Positions 37,301-52,300 of a stretch of DNA of 64,000 nucleotides are shown here, in pieces. The stretch comes from Paragordius varius. Its lineage: Eukaryota; Animalia; Nematomorpha. Below the pieces are notes generated by a model. That model saw only the letters and a program-made list of their open reading frames with translations. It searched no databases and was not told the origin of the DNA. Both the position numbers and the translations under genes were made by a program. The stretch spans positions 11,222,001 through 11,286,000 of the forward strand of contig OZ176054.1 in NCBI GenBank assembly GCA_964247055.1, read 5' to 3'. How positions within the stretch are numbered: position 1 is the stretch's first letter; each line of letters starts with the position of its first letter.

Positions 37301-40300
37301 TATACATTCAGCGAATGCTAGCTGCAAAAAAGATGACAGCTAACGACGACGGCAAGACGTTATTTCTCGCTTACGCAGGAATGTCGGTCACAAAGAAATT
37401 CGACCGATTCCTTTTCCCAAATTCGCTTGATAATACCTCCTGGCCGGACATCATTGAAGCCGGCAGGAATATTTACAAATCGAATAGGATAAACATATTC
37501 CAGGCCAGATTCAATTTCGTAAAACTTCGTCGGAAAGGAAATGAAACTTTTACGGAATTTCTTTTACGAATCAAAACCGAAGCCGCAAAATGCAAATTCA
37601 AGCTTGACATCTATGAGAAAATGCGCGACGTGTTCATTGCAGGCCTGGGACTGAAAAAATTAGAACTAGATCCGTTTACTAGATTCCCCGATGCTACGTG
37701 GGGAAACGAAGCTGTATCCCTCAAATAAGTGGTAGACATTGCCCTCAACTATGAAAAAGCACATCAACTAACAACAATAGATGGCCAGATATTGCAGACT
37801 AAAGTTCGGAAATACCAAAACAAGTGTCAATTCTGCGGGTTAGGTCATGCACCCGGCAGATGCCTAGCTTGGGGCAAACAATGTTATAAGTGCCAAGGCT
37901 GGAATCACTTCCAACCGTGCTGTAAGAAGAAAAAGATTATCAACGTTCAGCATGTCGAATCTGGATCCACCCCCAAAATAACAATAATAATAAATGGCAA
38001 CATGATTATAGACACAGGTTCAAGCGTATCTATAATTGATTGTCAAGCGTGGGAAAAATTGGGGAGCCCTAGTTGCAAAAAACAGGCCAGATTCGTATAG
38101 CTATGGTGGCCAAAGAATCAATTCCAAGGGTAGTTGTATGGTCACGGCAAAATCTTTGGCGTGTATGGTTGTAAGCGGCAAGAAGGCCCCATCAATTCTT
38201 GGTTGGGATTGGCTACAAGAATTCCCGAATGCCATAAAACAGTCGATAAATTGTCGTAAATGTTTTAATATTAATACATTTGAGGAAAATTCTCTTGTTA
38301 ATAAATTTAATTGATATTTTTGTGAAAAGTTAGGGTGTTTTTAAAAAACAATACAAAACCAAAAATTTTTAAGTGTCGCCGCATCCCGATACCGCTAAAA
38401 GAAAAAGTCGACTCTAAAATTAAGAGACTTTTAGAAGCGGACATAATCAAACCATTAGACCCTACGACTGAGAAACTAACCTGGGTCACTCCTATTGTTT
38501 GTATAACAAAAGCGAATGGTGCTTTAAGGTTATGTGCAGATTATCGTATTGCCATAAATCCGCATCTAGTAGATGTCATTTATAATATGCAGACATTTGA
38601 CCAATTAGTAGTTTCCAAAATAGGATTAGGAGAATCATTTTCGGTAATCGATTTGAAAGACGCATATCTGCAATTGCCAATAGATCAAGAAAGTCAAAAG
38701 TTACTAACAATTACCACACCCCTAGGGGATTTTACCTATAAAAGGCTTCCCTTTGGCCTAACAAGCGCTCCCTGCATTTTTCAAAGATTAATGGATAAAA
38801 TTTTAGGTGACTGCTTAGGAACAGCTGTATATTTAGACGATATTTTAATAAAAGGAAAAAACCGCAACGAACATAAAAGAAGCTTAGAAAAGGTATTTAA
38901 GCGTTTAGACGAATCTGGTTTAAAATTAAGTAAAAGCAAACTAAATCTTTTCAACCGTCGTAAGCTATTTGGGGTATGTTATTTCAAAAAACGGCATATC
39001 AGCCGCCGATAAAGTTAAAGACATACAAGACTTCCCAAGACCCACTGAAACAACACTCAAGTCCTTCTTGGGCTTAATAAATTTTCACACACGATTCCTC
39101 CCGAAATTGCATGGAAGTTTGGCTATACTTCACGACCTAAGCAGTTATAAAAAACCCTGGATATGGACCAAAAACCACGAGGATTGCTTTAACAGAGCCA
39201 CAAATTCAATATGTCATACTGTTAAACTCCGTTCAACCCTGGGTTACCTATAATAATCAAAACAGACGCCTCGAATAAAGGGTACGGAGCTGTATTACTA
39301 CAGACCACGCAGTAGGATATAAATAAACCCATTGCCTACGCATCTAGAAAGTGGTCTAAACCCGAAGAAAATTATTCAGTGATAGAAAAGGAATCACAAG
39401 CCATACTTTTCGCTTTTGAAAAATTTAGAACGGTTTATTACGGGGAAGAAATTTGAACTGCGTACTGATCACAAACCACTAATAAAGATGTTTGGAAAAA
39501 ATCGTAAACTAGACCAAATTAATAATTCCAATCTACTACGTTGGATATATAAAGCTAGCGAATTTAATTACAATCTACGGTACATTAAAAGCCACGAAAA
39601 CATTGCAGATCCATTGTCCCGCATGCCGACAGAACCACAACAACAAGACACAGAAAGCCTTCAAACAGCAGAAAATGTAAGATTTGTCAATAGTAATCTA
39701 TTCAATATAAATCGTGACCATATTAGAAGCCAGACCGAAACCGACCCTGTATTCGAACAGGTAATAAGAGCACTAAGAACAAACAACTCGTCCAATAAAA
39801 TATTATATCCATTTCACAGTTTTAGAAATGAAATTGAAAATACATACGGGCTATTATATTGGCATGATAGATTAATAATTCCCGAATCTCAAAAAATAAA
39901 TACACAATTATTACACTTCGGATCCAAAGCAATGTACGAACAAGCAAAACAAATAGTCTTTTGGCACAACATGGAAAGCGACATAAAAAAGTGGGTAGAT
40001 ACGTGTAAAAAGTGTCAAGAAAACCGTCCGATGCGAAAACTGAATCCTACATACAATTGGAACACGAATACAGCATATGGGAGAGATTACATCTAGATAT
40101 AGCAGCGAACAATTATTATTGGATATAACTTATTAACAGTTATTCTCGGTGGGTCGAAGTTAAACTATCGAACATGATATCGACCAAAAATATCTTAAAT
40201 CTAGACGAATGTTTCAGTCGATATGGATTTCCAAGAATGATAGTAACCGACAACGCGTCTTACTTTCCATCTGAGGAGTTAAAAAAATTCATGGAAACGG

Positions 40301-43300
40301 GAAACATTAAACATGTAACATCAGTTCCCATCATCCAAAAACGAACGGAATGGTGGAACGAGTAATATATACCCTAAAAACATTATCGGTCAGCAGAAGA
40401 CGGTGACCCACAATCAAAAATAAATAACAGGCTTTGGGGATACCGCACTAACATACACAGTGCTACAAATACATGTCCCGCTCTGCTTTTCCTAAAACGT
40501 ACCCTACCCAATCCAATCACATGACTACAATATCAACAAACAGACTTCTTAGACTATGTACAACCGAATCACAAATACCATGAAAACGAAAAAGTATACA
40601 TAAAAAATGAACTAGCAAATGGTTGGCGAGAAGGAATTGTAAATAAACGACTCGGAATACTCTCATATGAAATACAAGATGATAACAAAATCATCCGAAA
40701 ACCCGCCGACCAACTGAGACCAAGGGAAGGAGGTAAAAGAATAATGGGTAAGACATTTCTCCCGAAACCCCACCATCGCATGACTTATATGTTAGGTACC
40801 CTACTGCCACCGAATCCCCGACATTACCTCCACCCCAACCCTCGGAACCCATCCTTGAGTTGCCATCCCAACAAACACCCACTATAACACCTACCACTGA
40901 CACTCACACAGAACGGCAATACCCTACACGTATCCGACACCCACCACATAGATATCAGGGACAGAGAAAGAGTGATGTTAGGTTAGATCCTACTGTCGTA
41001 GATACAAACGCACCTATATAATCGTAATCACTTATAACTCTTTGTGATACACTAATGTGACCAGATATTAATAACCCTGACACAGTACAAAATTAGATAC
41101 TTTGCCTATTTTTTGCTTAAAAGCTCATTAGAAACAATTGAAAATATCCAACAAATAAATTTATGGTCCAGTTCCATTCGATTTTGGCTTAAAATTTTGG
41201 ATTATTCCAATTCTATTTTTGAGTTTAATATAAAATATTTGTTGTGTGTGTGTGTCTGTGTGTGTATGTGTTTAATATTAAAGTAAACTCAAACAAAATT
41301 TTATTATGCTAAAACTTATATGAAACAAAAATGAATTTACAAAACTTGATTAAATTACTATAAATTTATTTTGTATTTATTTTAAATTTAAAATCGCTTT
41401 TGCTAAAGCCCGGAGTGAAAGGGCCATTAGCCTAAATCTAGAGTCTGATATTTATAGTTCCGCCACTGCGCAAATTGGTGCATTCATAAGCGATTTGATC
41501 GGTCCAAAACCCAATTCCGTGTATATGCAGAAAATTAAAATTCTAAAAAGGCTATACTTTTTTACCGCAAAAGGAACCATTTATTTTAACAAAGGGTACT
41601 CTATCAAATTCTACAAAAAAATTTTTTTAAATAAAAGGTAATTAAGACATATAAAAAAATTTATAAAAGCAGTACAAAAGTCAGCGCAGTACAGGCGCGG
41701 TTTTTTTTTCGAAAACCCAGTACTGTACTGCGAAAAACAGCCTATCTGGTCACTTTATGATACACCTAGTTAATGTTAATTGATGCTTCAAGCAAAATAG
41801 TTATTATATAATTGCTGTATTATAATATCATACACACATGTTTGATTTCTGGTATTTAATAAATGTTTTCTGTATAATACAACTTTACTTCTTTCAGTAT
41901 CCAAAAAATATGAGTTATGCCGAACCTGATGGCATAAATAAATTTATATTTATGGTGATAATAATTTACGTTTATATTCGAGTATTTGGTTAATTAATGT
42001 TTTTTAAATATTAATTTCTAAAAATTTTATAAACAACAGCAGATAGTTAATGAATGCTAATAATTGTTTGATTTTAATGTTATTGTCTAAGTCAGAGTAT
42101 TATATAAAAAATTTATGACAATATTGAAAAAATATATATAGATATTAATTTTATAAAATTAAAAAATAAGACGTATTATAGCTTAAAACATACTTTTTAC
42201 CCTTCCACCTTGAACATATGCATATTTGCTTTTGTTAAGTATTGCAATATAAGGCAAATTAAAATTGCAATGTTTTTTTGTAAGATTTTCATGGTGAATG
42301 AACGAGTATAGGCAATACATCTTGTAATTTTCATGTTCAATTTCATGAAAACAAGCTTTTGACCAAATTAATGATTCTGTTTTTTTTGCCACTAAAAAGA
42401 TCCAAAAATAATGTTTAATATTATTCAATGTTAAATGGATTGTTTTACAGCAAAAAATAAAAGTTTTATATTTAATAAGCATTACACTGGACACCAAATT
42501 CTTCTGCCACTCGAGTTTTGCATTTTCTGGTATTTAGTATCATTTTAACAGTAAAATAAAAGTTATAACTCCACGTAAGAATTTTGTATAATTTGAGTTT
42601 TTGATTATACGCCCTCTTTATCAAAATTCTACTAAAAAATGTTTTTCTTTGAAAATATACAAGTAATGTCCATTTGTTATCATTCGAAAGAGTAATAAAA
42701 ACTCTATAAAATGCATACTAATATGTTTTACACCGACAGTTAATATTAGACATAGAGAGCGACAAACGCGCGAAGCGAGAGCATTTTTAATTAATATATT
42801 TTAAAACTAATGGATGAAAATAGCTTAAACTTTGTCTAGATGGTGGTGAATGTCCAAAAAAGAAAACAAAAAAAGTTTTTTTGATTAAAACATTTTTTAA
42901 TTGTTTTATGTCACATTTTTAAGTTTTTTGTTTTTTAAAAATTACCATCTCATCAATATTAGTTTATTTTCTTTGCGAGGCTGATAATTTGGAAATTTTA
43001 AAGATAAAAACAAAGTTTAAGGTATTTTTGATCTTATATTCATTAAGTAATAAATTTACAGTTGTAACTATGCATTTTAGTATCCACTAGGTAAAAGATT
43101 TATGATAATATAATTTTTATTAATAAAGCACACCAAAAGCTTTTTCATCATTTTTTTAAAATCTAATATATATATTATAATAATTTATATGATTTTCAAA
43201 TTAGTTTGTTTGTGAAAATTTTTAAGGGTTGAAAATTTCGATCATATAAACCCAAATAACTTATAGATTGTTATAAATGACTTAATATCATTTGTATGAT

Positions 43301-46300
43301 ACAGTTTTTCACACTCTTTCGAATAATATAAAATACATGGCTTCATATCTAAAACTTTTAATTTTCAAAATTTCGAGTTTAATGTTAAATTAAGGCCAAA
43401 AATTACAGATAAACTCTAATATAAAAGATTCTTAGGTGTTAGACCAATTTTTTTTTCAGATATGCTAATTATGTACTTTAATGAAATAAATTTACAAGAA
43501 TGGCAGTTAAAAAGAATCAAAATTTGTTGTCTAGTGTTATTTATCTGGCTTAATAACGCATTATCAATCGTAGTATGGGGGAAAAACAAAAAAATGTAAA
43601 AAAATTACATAAAATAAAGTAAGATAGGAAAAAATTGTTTAATCAACATTTAGCTGTTTTCTGCATACACTAAGTGTGTTCAATGTACCAAATCTGAATG
43701 AGACAGCATTAAAATGCATACTGTAATAATTAAAAAAAGTATAAGGGTCTCATTGAAACGATAAATCTACCAATCAGTCATACATTTTAATATTTGTATT
43801 CGGTTCTTTTAAGATTTGTAAACCGAATCAAAATTAAATTCCCTAATTAAAAAATTTGATTATCTCCAAAATTAAACATAAACCTTACAAATTTCTAAAG
43901 AAAAACACAAAAAAATAATTTTATGCAGTTTAAATATAATTATATATATATGTATATATATATATAATATCTTACCAATATTAATAAATCCATCAAAAAC
44001 CACAGTAGTGTTATCTTTAGAGGTACACATGACACTTTTATTATTATGAGCAAATTTGGCCACAGATGACTTCTCCCAGATATATCCATTTCTATCGCGG
44101 TATAAATAAGGCTGATTGTCATAGAGATATATGCTAAGGGATAGGGCTTGATTCTCGTTAGTCGTTACTTGCACATAACAGTCCGTAATATTAACGGTTA
44201 TGTTATACAGTTTTTTGAAGGCTTTTAGCGATTCCGTTATCTTTGCACCGTTAGCCATATATAATTGGGCGCTATAAGTGTGTTCTAATCAAATGAAGTT
44301 ATATTACACACATACGTCTATACTATATTGTTTACACCTAGAATTGGTTTTTTAATACTTCAAGGTGGCCCTTGAAAAAAATATTGTTGGACGGCAAGAT
44401 GAAAAACTGAGATATGACATTTAATAAATTATTGTTACATAAACAAACGTGTTAGGCATTTTTAAGTTTACGACCAACTTTAATACCTATGATGTTGTGT
44501 CAATCGGGGTAAATACAATTTTACATAAGAGTTTGCACAAAACCTGATCAATATGTTCTGATAGATAATTGGGTGCCTTTGGTCATGCTGTAAAGAGTAA
44601 AAAATTTTAAAACTTACTCTATATAAAACCGCAATAGCACACGCTATGATTATTTAAAAAATAACATTTAAATTATACATAAACAATATTAAAAATCAAG
44701 AGTATGTTTTAACATGATTGGAGCTAGTAAAGTTTTAAATTTTAAAGCTCTCTACTATGGGCTAGTGTTCAAATAATCGCAACGAGATTGCACGATAATA
44801 TTTTCTAAGATAATCCAAATAATGTCATCAAAAATTTTTATTTTAAAAACTCATAATACATTAAAAAATTAATTTTAAGCAAACTTAAAGCGTATTTTAT
44901 GGTTGAAAAATACGATAACATAAAGTTTAAGATTTTTAAATTAAAACACTTTTTTTATATCGATTATGCTCAATACATAACCTCAAATATTTTATTAAAA
45001 GATGTATGACTTTGAATCTAATCTAAATAGATTCGGAAGTAATATTAATTAAATTGACTTAAATGACGACATTTAAAAAATCCAAGTTTGTTCATCATCA
45101 AATTATGCAGAAAAGTTGTAGTGATTATCTTTAAATTTTATGCCGTTCTACCATACTACTTCAACATGCATACCATCGATTATACTTTAACAAAACTTTG
45201 TTAATTAAACTTAGTATCCATGCATTTTTTGACTTTTTTACGTCATCCTTTATTTAAAATATAGTATTGCGCATTCTGGAACTTTTTGTGTTTATTTTTT
45301 ATAAAGGATCACAAAAAATAGTTTTAAGAGCTATCTTGTATTAAAAATTGAGATAAATATAACATTGATTTATGTAGTAAGCTAGCACTTCCCAATTATA
45401 TAGCATGATGTGCTAAATAATTTTCTCATTTTTCGATATCTAGTAATAAGTATAGCACTTTGAGATACTTTATACATATATTTATGAGATGATATATAAT
45501 TTATCAGGATATAAGTAATGAGAATGTATTATTAAAATTCAATTTAAATTATAAAATGTACAAAATATTCCCATGAATTTTAAGGAAAACTACTTTTTTA
45601 AGATATTTCTTTGGCCCCGAAACTTGAGTTAAAAGGGCTTTGCATCTTATTTAACATACCCAAAATATTATACAATAATACAAAAATAAGTTATGCTTAC
45701 TTGGTTGGAAAGGTAGTGTTTTGCTTCTCAAAATATCAATCTTCTTTTCTAAAATAATATATAATGATTAACAATATGCATTTTAATCTAACATAATCTT
45801 ATAATTTTCGGGCTAAAACTTTATAAGCATTTAAAATATAACCAATTACCAAATTCTTTCATAGTTATAACCAATAATGTTATTTTAATTTGTTTAATTT
45901 ATTTTATATTTTAAACACGGTTGTTAGATTTGGATACAACACATTCATTTCAGTACTTCGAGTCAAATTGGGGTAGTTGCAGGCCTGGTTAAAAATATTT
46001 AATTCAAAAATATGGAATGAATTGTAACCATGGAAAAAATTTGCACCCATATAACGTTAATGAACCCAAATATATAAAAAAGTTCCATCAAAAATACTGA
46101 TATTACTTATTTTAATGTAAAACCGCAAGGTAAATTAGTCATGGGTGTGCATTACCTAAATTTAAATATAATAAAAGAAACCACTTATTATAATTCTATC
46201 ATTGTTTGTGTTATAAATGATAATTAGCTATATTCATGGTGTAAAAATAAATAAAGACGATATTTGAAAATATGTTGCAAAATAAAAATGGCGTCGAACT

Positions 46301-49283
46301 AATTTAATATGAAACTTTTTCCAAAAATAATTTATTTGAATATTTCGGCTTGTTTATATAAATTTATTAAGATAGAAGCATAAAATTAAATTAACACCGG
46401 TTCTTTCATTAATTTTTTAAAATATTAACTTAAATATAGTCTGGGATATTTAGATACCTTAATTTTAATCTAAGTGTTAATAATAATAGGGGGTTCATCA
46501 ATCATGCATGCAGTCAGTATCCCTACAAATGGTTACAACAAAATGGAGTAATTTGTTTAATTTAGATTTAAACTTCTTCCCTATTAATATGTTATTGTTC
46601 CATCTAACATTATAAACTGTCGTTTTGTATGTTTAGCTTAAACCGCGAACTGTATCAAAATTTTATTTAAATGATTAAAATAAGGGTATTATGACATTAT
46701 AACTATACAAATTCTTAAACACTTGGATACAACACATTCATTTTAATCCTTCGCAAATTGAGGTAGTTAAATACCCCAGGCCTTAAAATTAAATTCTTCA
46801 AAAAATATGGAAGGAATCGAAACCATGGCAAAATCTTGCACTTATATAACATTAATAACAGAAATATATAAAAAATTTATTCAAAAATATTTGATATTAC
46901 TTATTTAAAGTTAAAACCGAAAGGTAAAAATTTAGTCAACGTGGCATGCGTACACTGGTAAAATTGAAAAATAATAAAATATACATCTTTTTCTATTTCC
47001 ATAATGTTAGATGTAGTTTAAATAAAAAATTAGCTTTTACCCTTAAAATTAAATGAAGACGATATTTTGCAAAAATTTTGTATAATAAAAATGGCGTCGA
47101 AGAATTTTGACAAGGAACTTTTTTTTCAAAATTATTCAAATATTTTGGCATATTTATATAATTTTTATTAGGATAGAAGCACAAATTTAAATTGGGCCCG
47201 TTTCCATATTTTTTTAAAAATCCTAACTCAAATTTAATCTGGGATATTTAGATACACCAATTTGAATCGAAGTTTTAAATTCTTAAAATGTTGTGGGATT
47301 CATCTAATGACCACAGAGTCCATCTATGACTTTTTTATCCACTATTTTCCGGATCTATCGCTTTTTCGCTCACCTTCAACGGTATTCAATATGATTTTTA
47401 AAATCATAAGCCTACAAATATTGTTGGAATTGTTTTATTTAAGAATGTACCACGCTGATGCACAATATTTAGCTGGTCACAAGGAAAAGTTTTAGAGATT
47501 TTCAAAACTTGGAATATGATTTTGTGACGCCTCGTTAATTTATACAGAGGCATATGAGCTGAAACATAGAATTCTATGTAAAAAATTGGAATAAAGAATT
47601 ATAAAATTAATGTAAGCGTTTTATGGCAGTTTCCAGGCATCACAAACGGCGCAACGCTCGAGCTGAAAAAATTTAATTAGTAGAAAGAAATATCAATAAA
47701 ATAATTACAATTTGATTAATTAACAGTCTGATAATTTTGTATATATACTCTATGTACACCCTGATAGATAAAAGTATCCGAACTCTCATAATGCTTTTGG
47801 GTTTGCTCTTTGCAAAAAATATAGGAGAGTTTATAGTACTTTTCTGGTAACTCTATAACAAATTGGCGAATTCAGCGGATATTTTTCTAAATAAAAAATT
47901 TTTGGTGAAAGCTAAATTCTTCATCCCAAAAAATATCAAGAAAATATATCATGAATAATGTAAAAAGTAAATCAATTATAAAATTTATGATATCTGTGGG
48001 TTCAGAAAGTTTGAATTTTCAACACATCCAAAATGGGCATTTCTTAAACTAAACGCAATAATGCCAATATTGCGCAAAAAGTTAGATATGTGCTAATGAC
48101 ATAAAAAAATTTTTTTCGAAAAATTGGGTATTTTGCTTAAAAATTATATTTATAGCTAGCATTGGTGAAGCAAAACCTATTTTGAAGCATAGTGGAAACG
48201 GAGTAAAAACACTTTAAGATATTATGCTAACATTCATAACATTATGTTAAAATTTCTATCATCGCAGATTTTTGATTAAAAGTGATGCACTAAATTTTTG
48301 CGCTATGTCGGCATTTTTGTGTTTAGTTGAGGAACTGCCAAATTAGACGGGTCCAAAAATTTGAGATTTTTGGAAAACACATCTAAAAATTTATAATTTA
48401 AAATGTGTGTTTTACTTTTAAGTTAGTTGATATACATAAAATTTCTTAAGCAAAATATGCGCAAAATTCGCTACTCTCTGATATAAAGTTACCACAAAAG
48501 TAGTATTAATCTTTTTTTTAAGGCCCGAAACCAAAAGCAGCGTGAGAATCCAGAGATATTGATCTATTATTAGAAAGTCTATATATTTCATCAGGATATA
48601 TTTTATGCCCCCGGATTTTGTGGGCAGTGTATATAGGAGGATGATAACTACATAAAGTAGAGTAGTTTGATATGTTGGAAGTTGATATTATGGGAAAAGA
48701 ATGATCGATAATATAGTTGAATAAATTGCGACAATATTTGAATATAGAATATTCATAAAATAAAATATGGGGACATGTCCAATTGTGTTGTGATGGTATG
48801 TTTTATGAATATAATATATATAATAACAATTGGAGTAAATTGGTAATCTTCATATGCTTCAACATCAACAATTTACCTACAAACTTTTATAAGTAAAGAT
48901 CCCGTATTAAAAAATAATGTTGTAATCAATCAGCATATGTTATAATTAATCTAACAAATATGAAGCTAAATTAATAAAATTTTTACAAACATTTCGTATT
49001 TAAATATAATCTAAAATGGTCTAAATGATTTACACACACGTCTTAAGCTTCTACAATCACCAAGCGCAAATTTGCGTTTTTTCGCTAAAAATAATTATTT
49101 ACTCATTGCAATTAAAAGAGACACATGCATCCAAAGTACCAGAACGTTAACCTAATCGGTACGTAACATATATCGTTTTGGGGAAAAAATGACAAGCAAA
49201 ACCAGTTTATGACTTTAAGCAAATAATTGAACCAGGTAGATAAAAATAATACATGTATATTGATATTGAAACGTATAATGTTT

Positions 49284-49338
<55 letters not shown>

Positions 49339-52300
49339 ATTACCTTTGATATTGCCATGTTCAGCAATAAAAACTTCTAAATTAGAGGTAAAATTTAGTG
49401 TTCTGGAAGTATCTTTGCGTAAAGCATCATATGCAAAAATTATATTATCCTAAAGTAAAATATTGCAAATTAACTCTGGATTCATATTTTATATCGAATT
49501 TGGACATACGAATGTTACAATAAATTTGATAGGTTTGATTGAAATGTTCCTTTTTGAGAATAGGGTTCTCATCATAAACAACGCTAGAGTTTCCAATTTG
49601 TAAAAAACATTTAAATTTTTCCCATGTTATTGGAAAAATTTCCCCCTCTTTCGCATATACATCATGTTTTTCTATCATAAATTAAATTGAATTAGTAAAG
49701 CCGAAAGCTTATTTAATCGATAAATCTCGATAAATTAATAGCTATATTCAATATTTTAAAAAATCTCGATTTTATTTAAACCTTAGGCCACCAGTTTCTT
49801 TTAATTTCAAATAATTGTGAAAATTTTAACATTCGATTGTAAATATCAGCAGTTACTTAATTTAATAATGCTTGCAACAATTTGGGTTTTCTCATTGTAA
49901 CATATAACTGGTCTATCCATATGTCTATATTCGGCAATTTCACTTTGTTCATAGATAGAGAAGTTTTGTTTATAACATTCGTGACATCGAAATTTATTTA
50001 AGAAGTTTTTAAACAATCGATTTGAAGTCTGATTTCTAAGATCGTCTAGGACTTTGATATAGCATTTATGCTCCGAAAGCCTATCTCCCTTCTTTACATA
50101 TAAGAGTGAATAAGTATCTAAAAGTTACGATAAATAAAATGTAATGATAACCAAATTTATTATTGGATCAATTAATTTACAATTCAATACACTGTGAAGG
50201 CGAAAATAATAACCAGATATAAAATATATATTCTGAAAAATAGATGTTTTATGAGTTTAATGATACTTTCGGTTGAGCCTAACGAGTGATTTAAAATTAA
50301 AACCATTTTTGTTGTCACTGCCTTATATCGCAATATGTGCACATTATGCCGATTAAAATGGTGTAAGCTAAATGCTTCATTTAAAAAAATATTACTAAAA
50401 TATATCATAAACTATATAAATAATTTTTATAAAAAATTTAAAATATAAAATGTCTCAAACTTTTGGAACTAACCGCAAAAATGCCGTACGCGATTATTTA
50501 TTTAATATGTGCTAAATTTTGACATCAAAATAGTTTTTCCCGAAAAAATGAATATTTTGCTGAAAAATTTATTTTTTAGCAAAATTTTGGATAATTCGTA
50601 TTTTAAGAATGGTGGAAACGGTATATAAACACTTAATGATATTGTAAAAAATTCTTTTATATATTATTTGATAATGCTGCACATTTTTATAATATCAGGA
50701 TCTTATTATAGAATGTGTATGACTTTAAATTTTAAATGATTTTTTTGTAACAAAAACTTATTATTCTTACATAAACATTTTGAATCAAAATTCTGAGGTA
50801 AATTTTCTGCATCATCAAATCATATAAGGGGTTCTCTCACATCGTTTCCACCTTCATAATACCAAAAAAATTCAGATCATCAAAATTTTGCTTTAATTAA
50901 AAAATCCACTTTTTAGGAAGCATTTTTTATGACAAAATTTATTACATGTTTAAAAATTTTATCGTTTTTTTTTGATTTAGATTAAAAAATTCCATTTTAG
51001 ATAAGTTTAAAATTTAAGGCTTTCGGAGTTCACATCTAACATTTAAAATTTATAATGCATTTTTAGTTTATGATATAGCGATGTTTTTGAAATAAAGCAT
51101 ATAGCTTTCTCCAAAAAATTATAAGTATGTGCTTAAAATTTGCCATATAATGCAGTTACTACAAAAGTGGTAATAACTTTTACATCCACTTATAATACCC
51201 AAAACCAAAAGCACCTTGAAATTCCTGATACATATATTAATCTAAATAATTTTAGTGTGAGCTGTGTATATTTGTGATGGAATAATTTTATGTAATAATC
51301 AATTTTTTTAAAAACTTATATAAATTGAATATACCTTCATGTATTATCTTATATAGACATAAAAATGGCTACTTTCTATTAGACAATGAGGCATAAACGG
51401 CTTAAAAAAAGTTTTTTATTTTAAAAGTTTATTAAAAAAATTTATTTTATATGTATGCTTCAAACATTCACACCACCTCATTTGTATGATAAGGCGCGCT
51501 CTTTGCTTTTGATACAAAATCTTTTTCGATGATATATTAACAAAATTACATTTTTAAGATAAATTAATCAAAAATATTTAAAAAGAGATTCCTTTAACTG
51601 CCACGATATCAATTATTATCTTAAGTCGTTAACACACAGTTGTTTGATCAATACTTTTTTAACCCATATATATTTCCTTAGTAAACAATCTACAAAATAA
51701 TTATTAGCATTTAAAACATATTTCGATTTTGTCGCTTTGTAAAGAACCTTATAGTTACTATTTATTTAACTATATATTGTAAACATTACACAAAAAGTGT
51801 CAATTCAAAGATACTCACCTTTATTACATTATAAATAAAATATTTAATGGTATGATAAATAATTACCAAAGGTTATTTTTAATGTCATGTTGCGAAGATT
51901 TCTAAGTTTGGATATTCCATTATCTAACATATGAATAAATTTCAATCATTAAATTTTATTAACACTTCGATCAAGGTTTATAATGCTATAAGAATATAAA
52001 GCATATGATCTCAATTTAAAGCTTCAATTACAATAAAAATAATTATATATGGCTAATTATCTATGGCTAATTATCTATCATGAACTCTCCTCATTTATTT
52101 CGAATTATTTGGGGCGTTTTTATGAAAATGGATATTTATTTGAAAATTCAGATTTTGAAAATGTTTAAATTCAAATTTTTAAACATTTTTTTTGGATAAA
52201 AGTCGGAAATCAAAAATCTAATTTTATTACATACGCATCAAGCTAATTTAAAAATTATTATATTCAAACATTTTTTCATCATTTGTGCATGGAGCGAAAA

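Larger units (their letters stand above)
35900..42098. mobile_element. Foldback element (~165-bp arms) split by nested insertions
   Basis: 35900-36066 (TTAGACAATAAC..AAATCAAACA..TTAGCA..TCATTAAC...CGAATATAAACG.AAATTA) is the reverse complement of ~41938-42098. Confidence 0.75.

Noticed and set aside
43780-43895. 6-nt micro-exon plus a second 25-nt intron after exon 6
   Set aside because: The GTAAGG...GGAG segment is 25 nt, but splicing it leads to a stop and the acceptor is not conserved in module 2.
51819-51866. Strong AAG|GTGAGT donor at 51818 as the end of exon 2
   Set aside because: Extending exon 2 to it crosses an in-frame TAA. The GTAATT donor at 51866 matches the paralogous exon 8 boundary.
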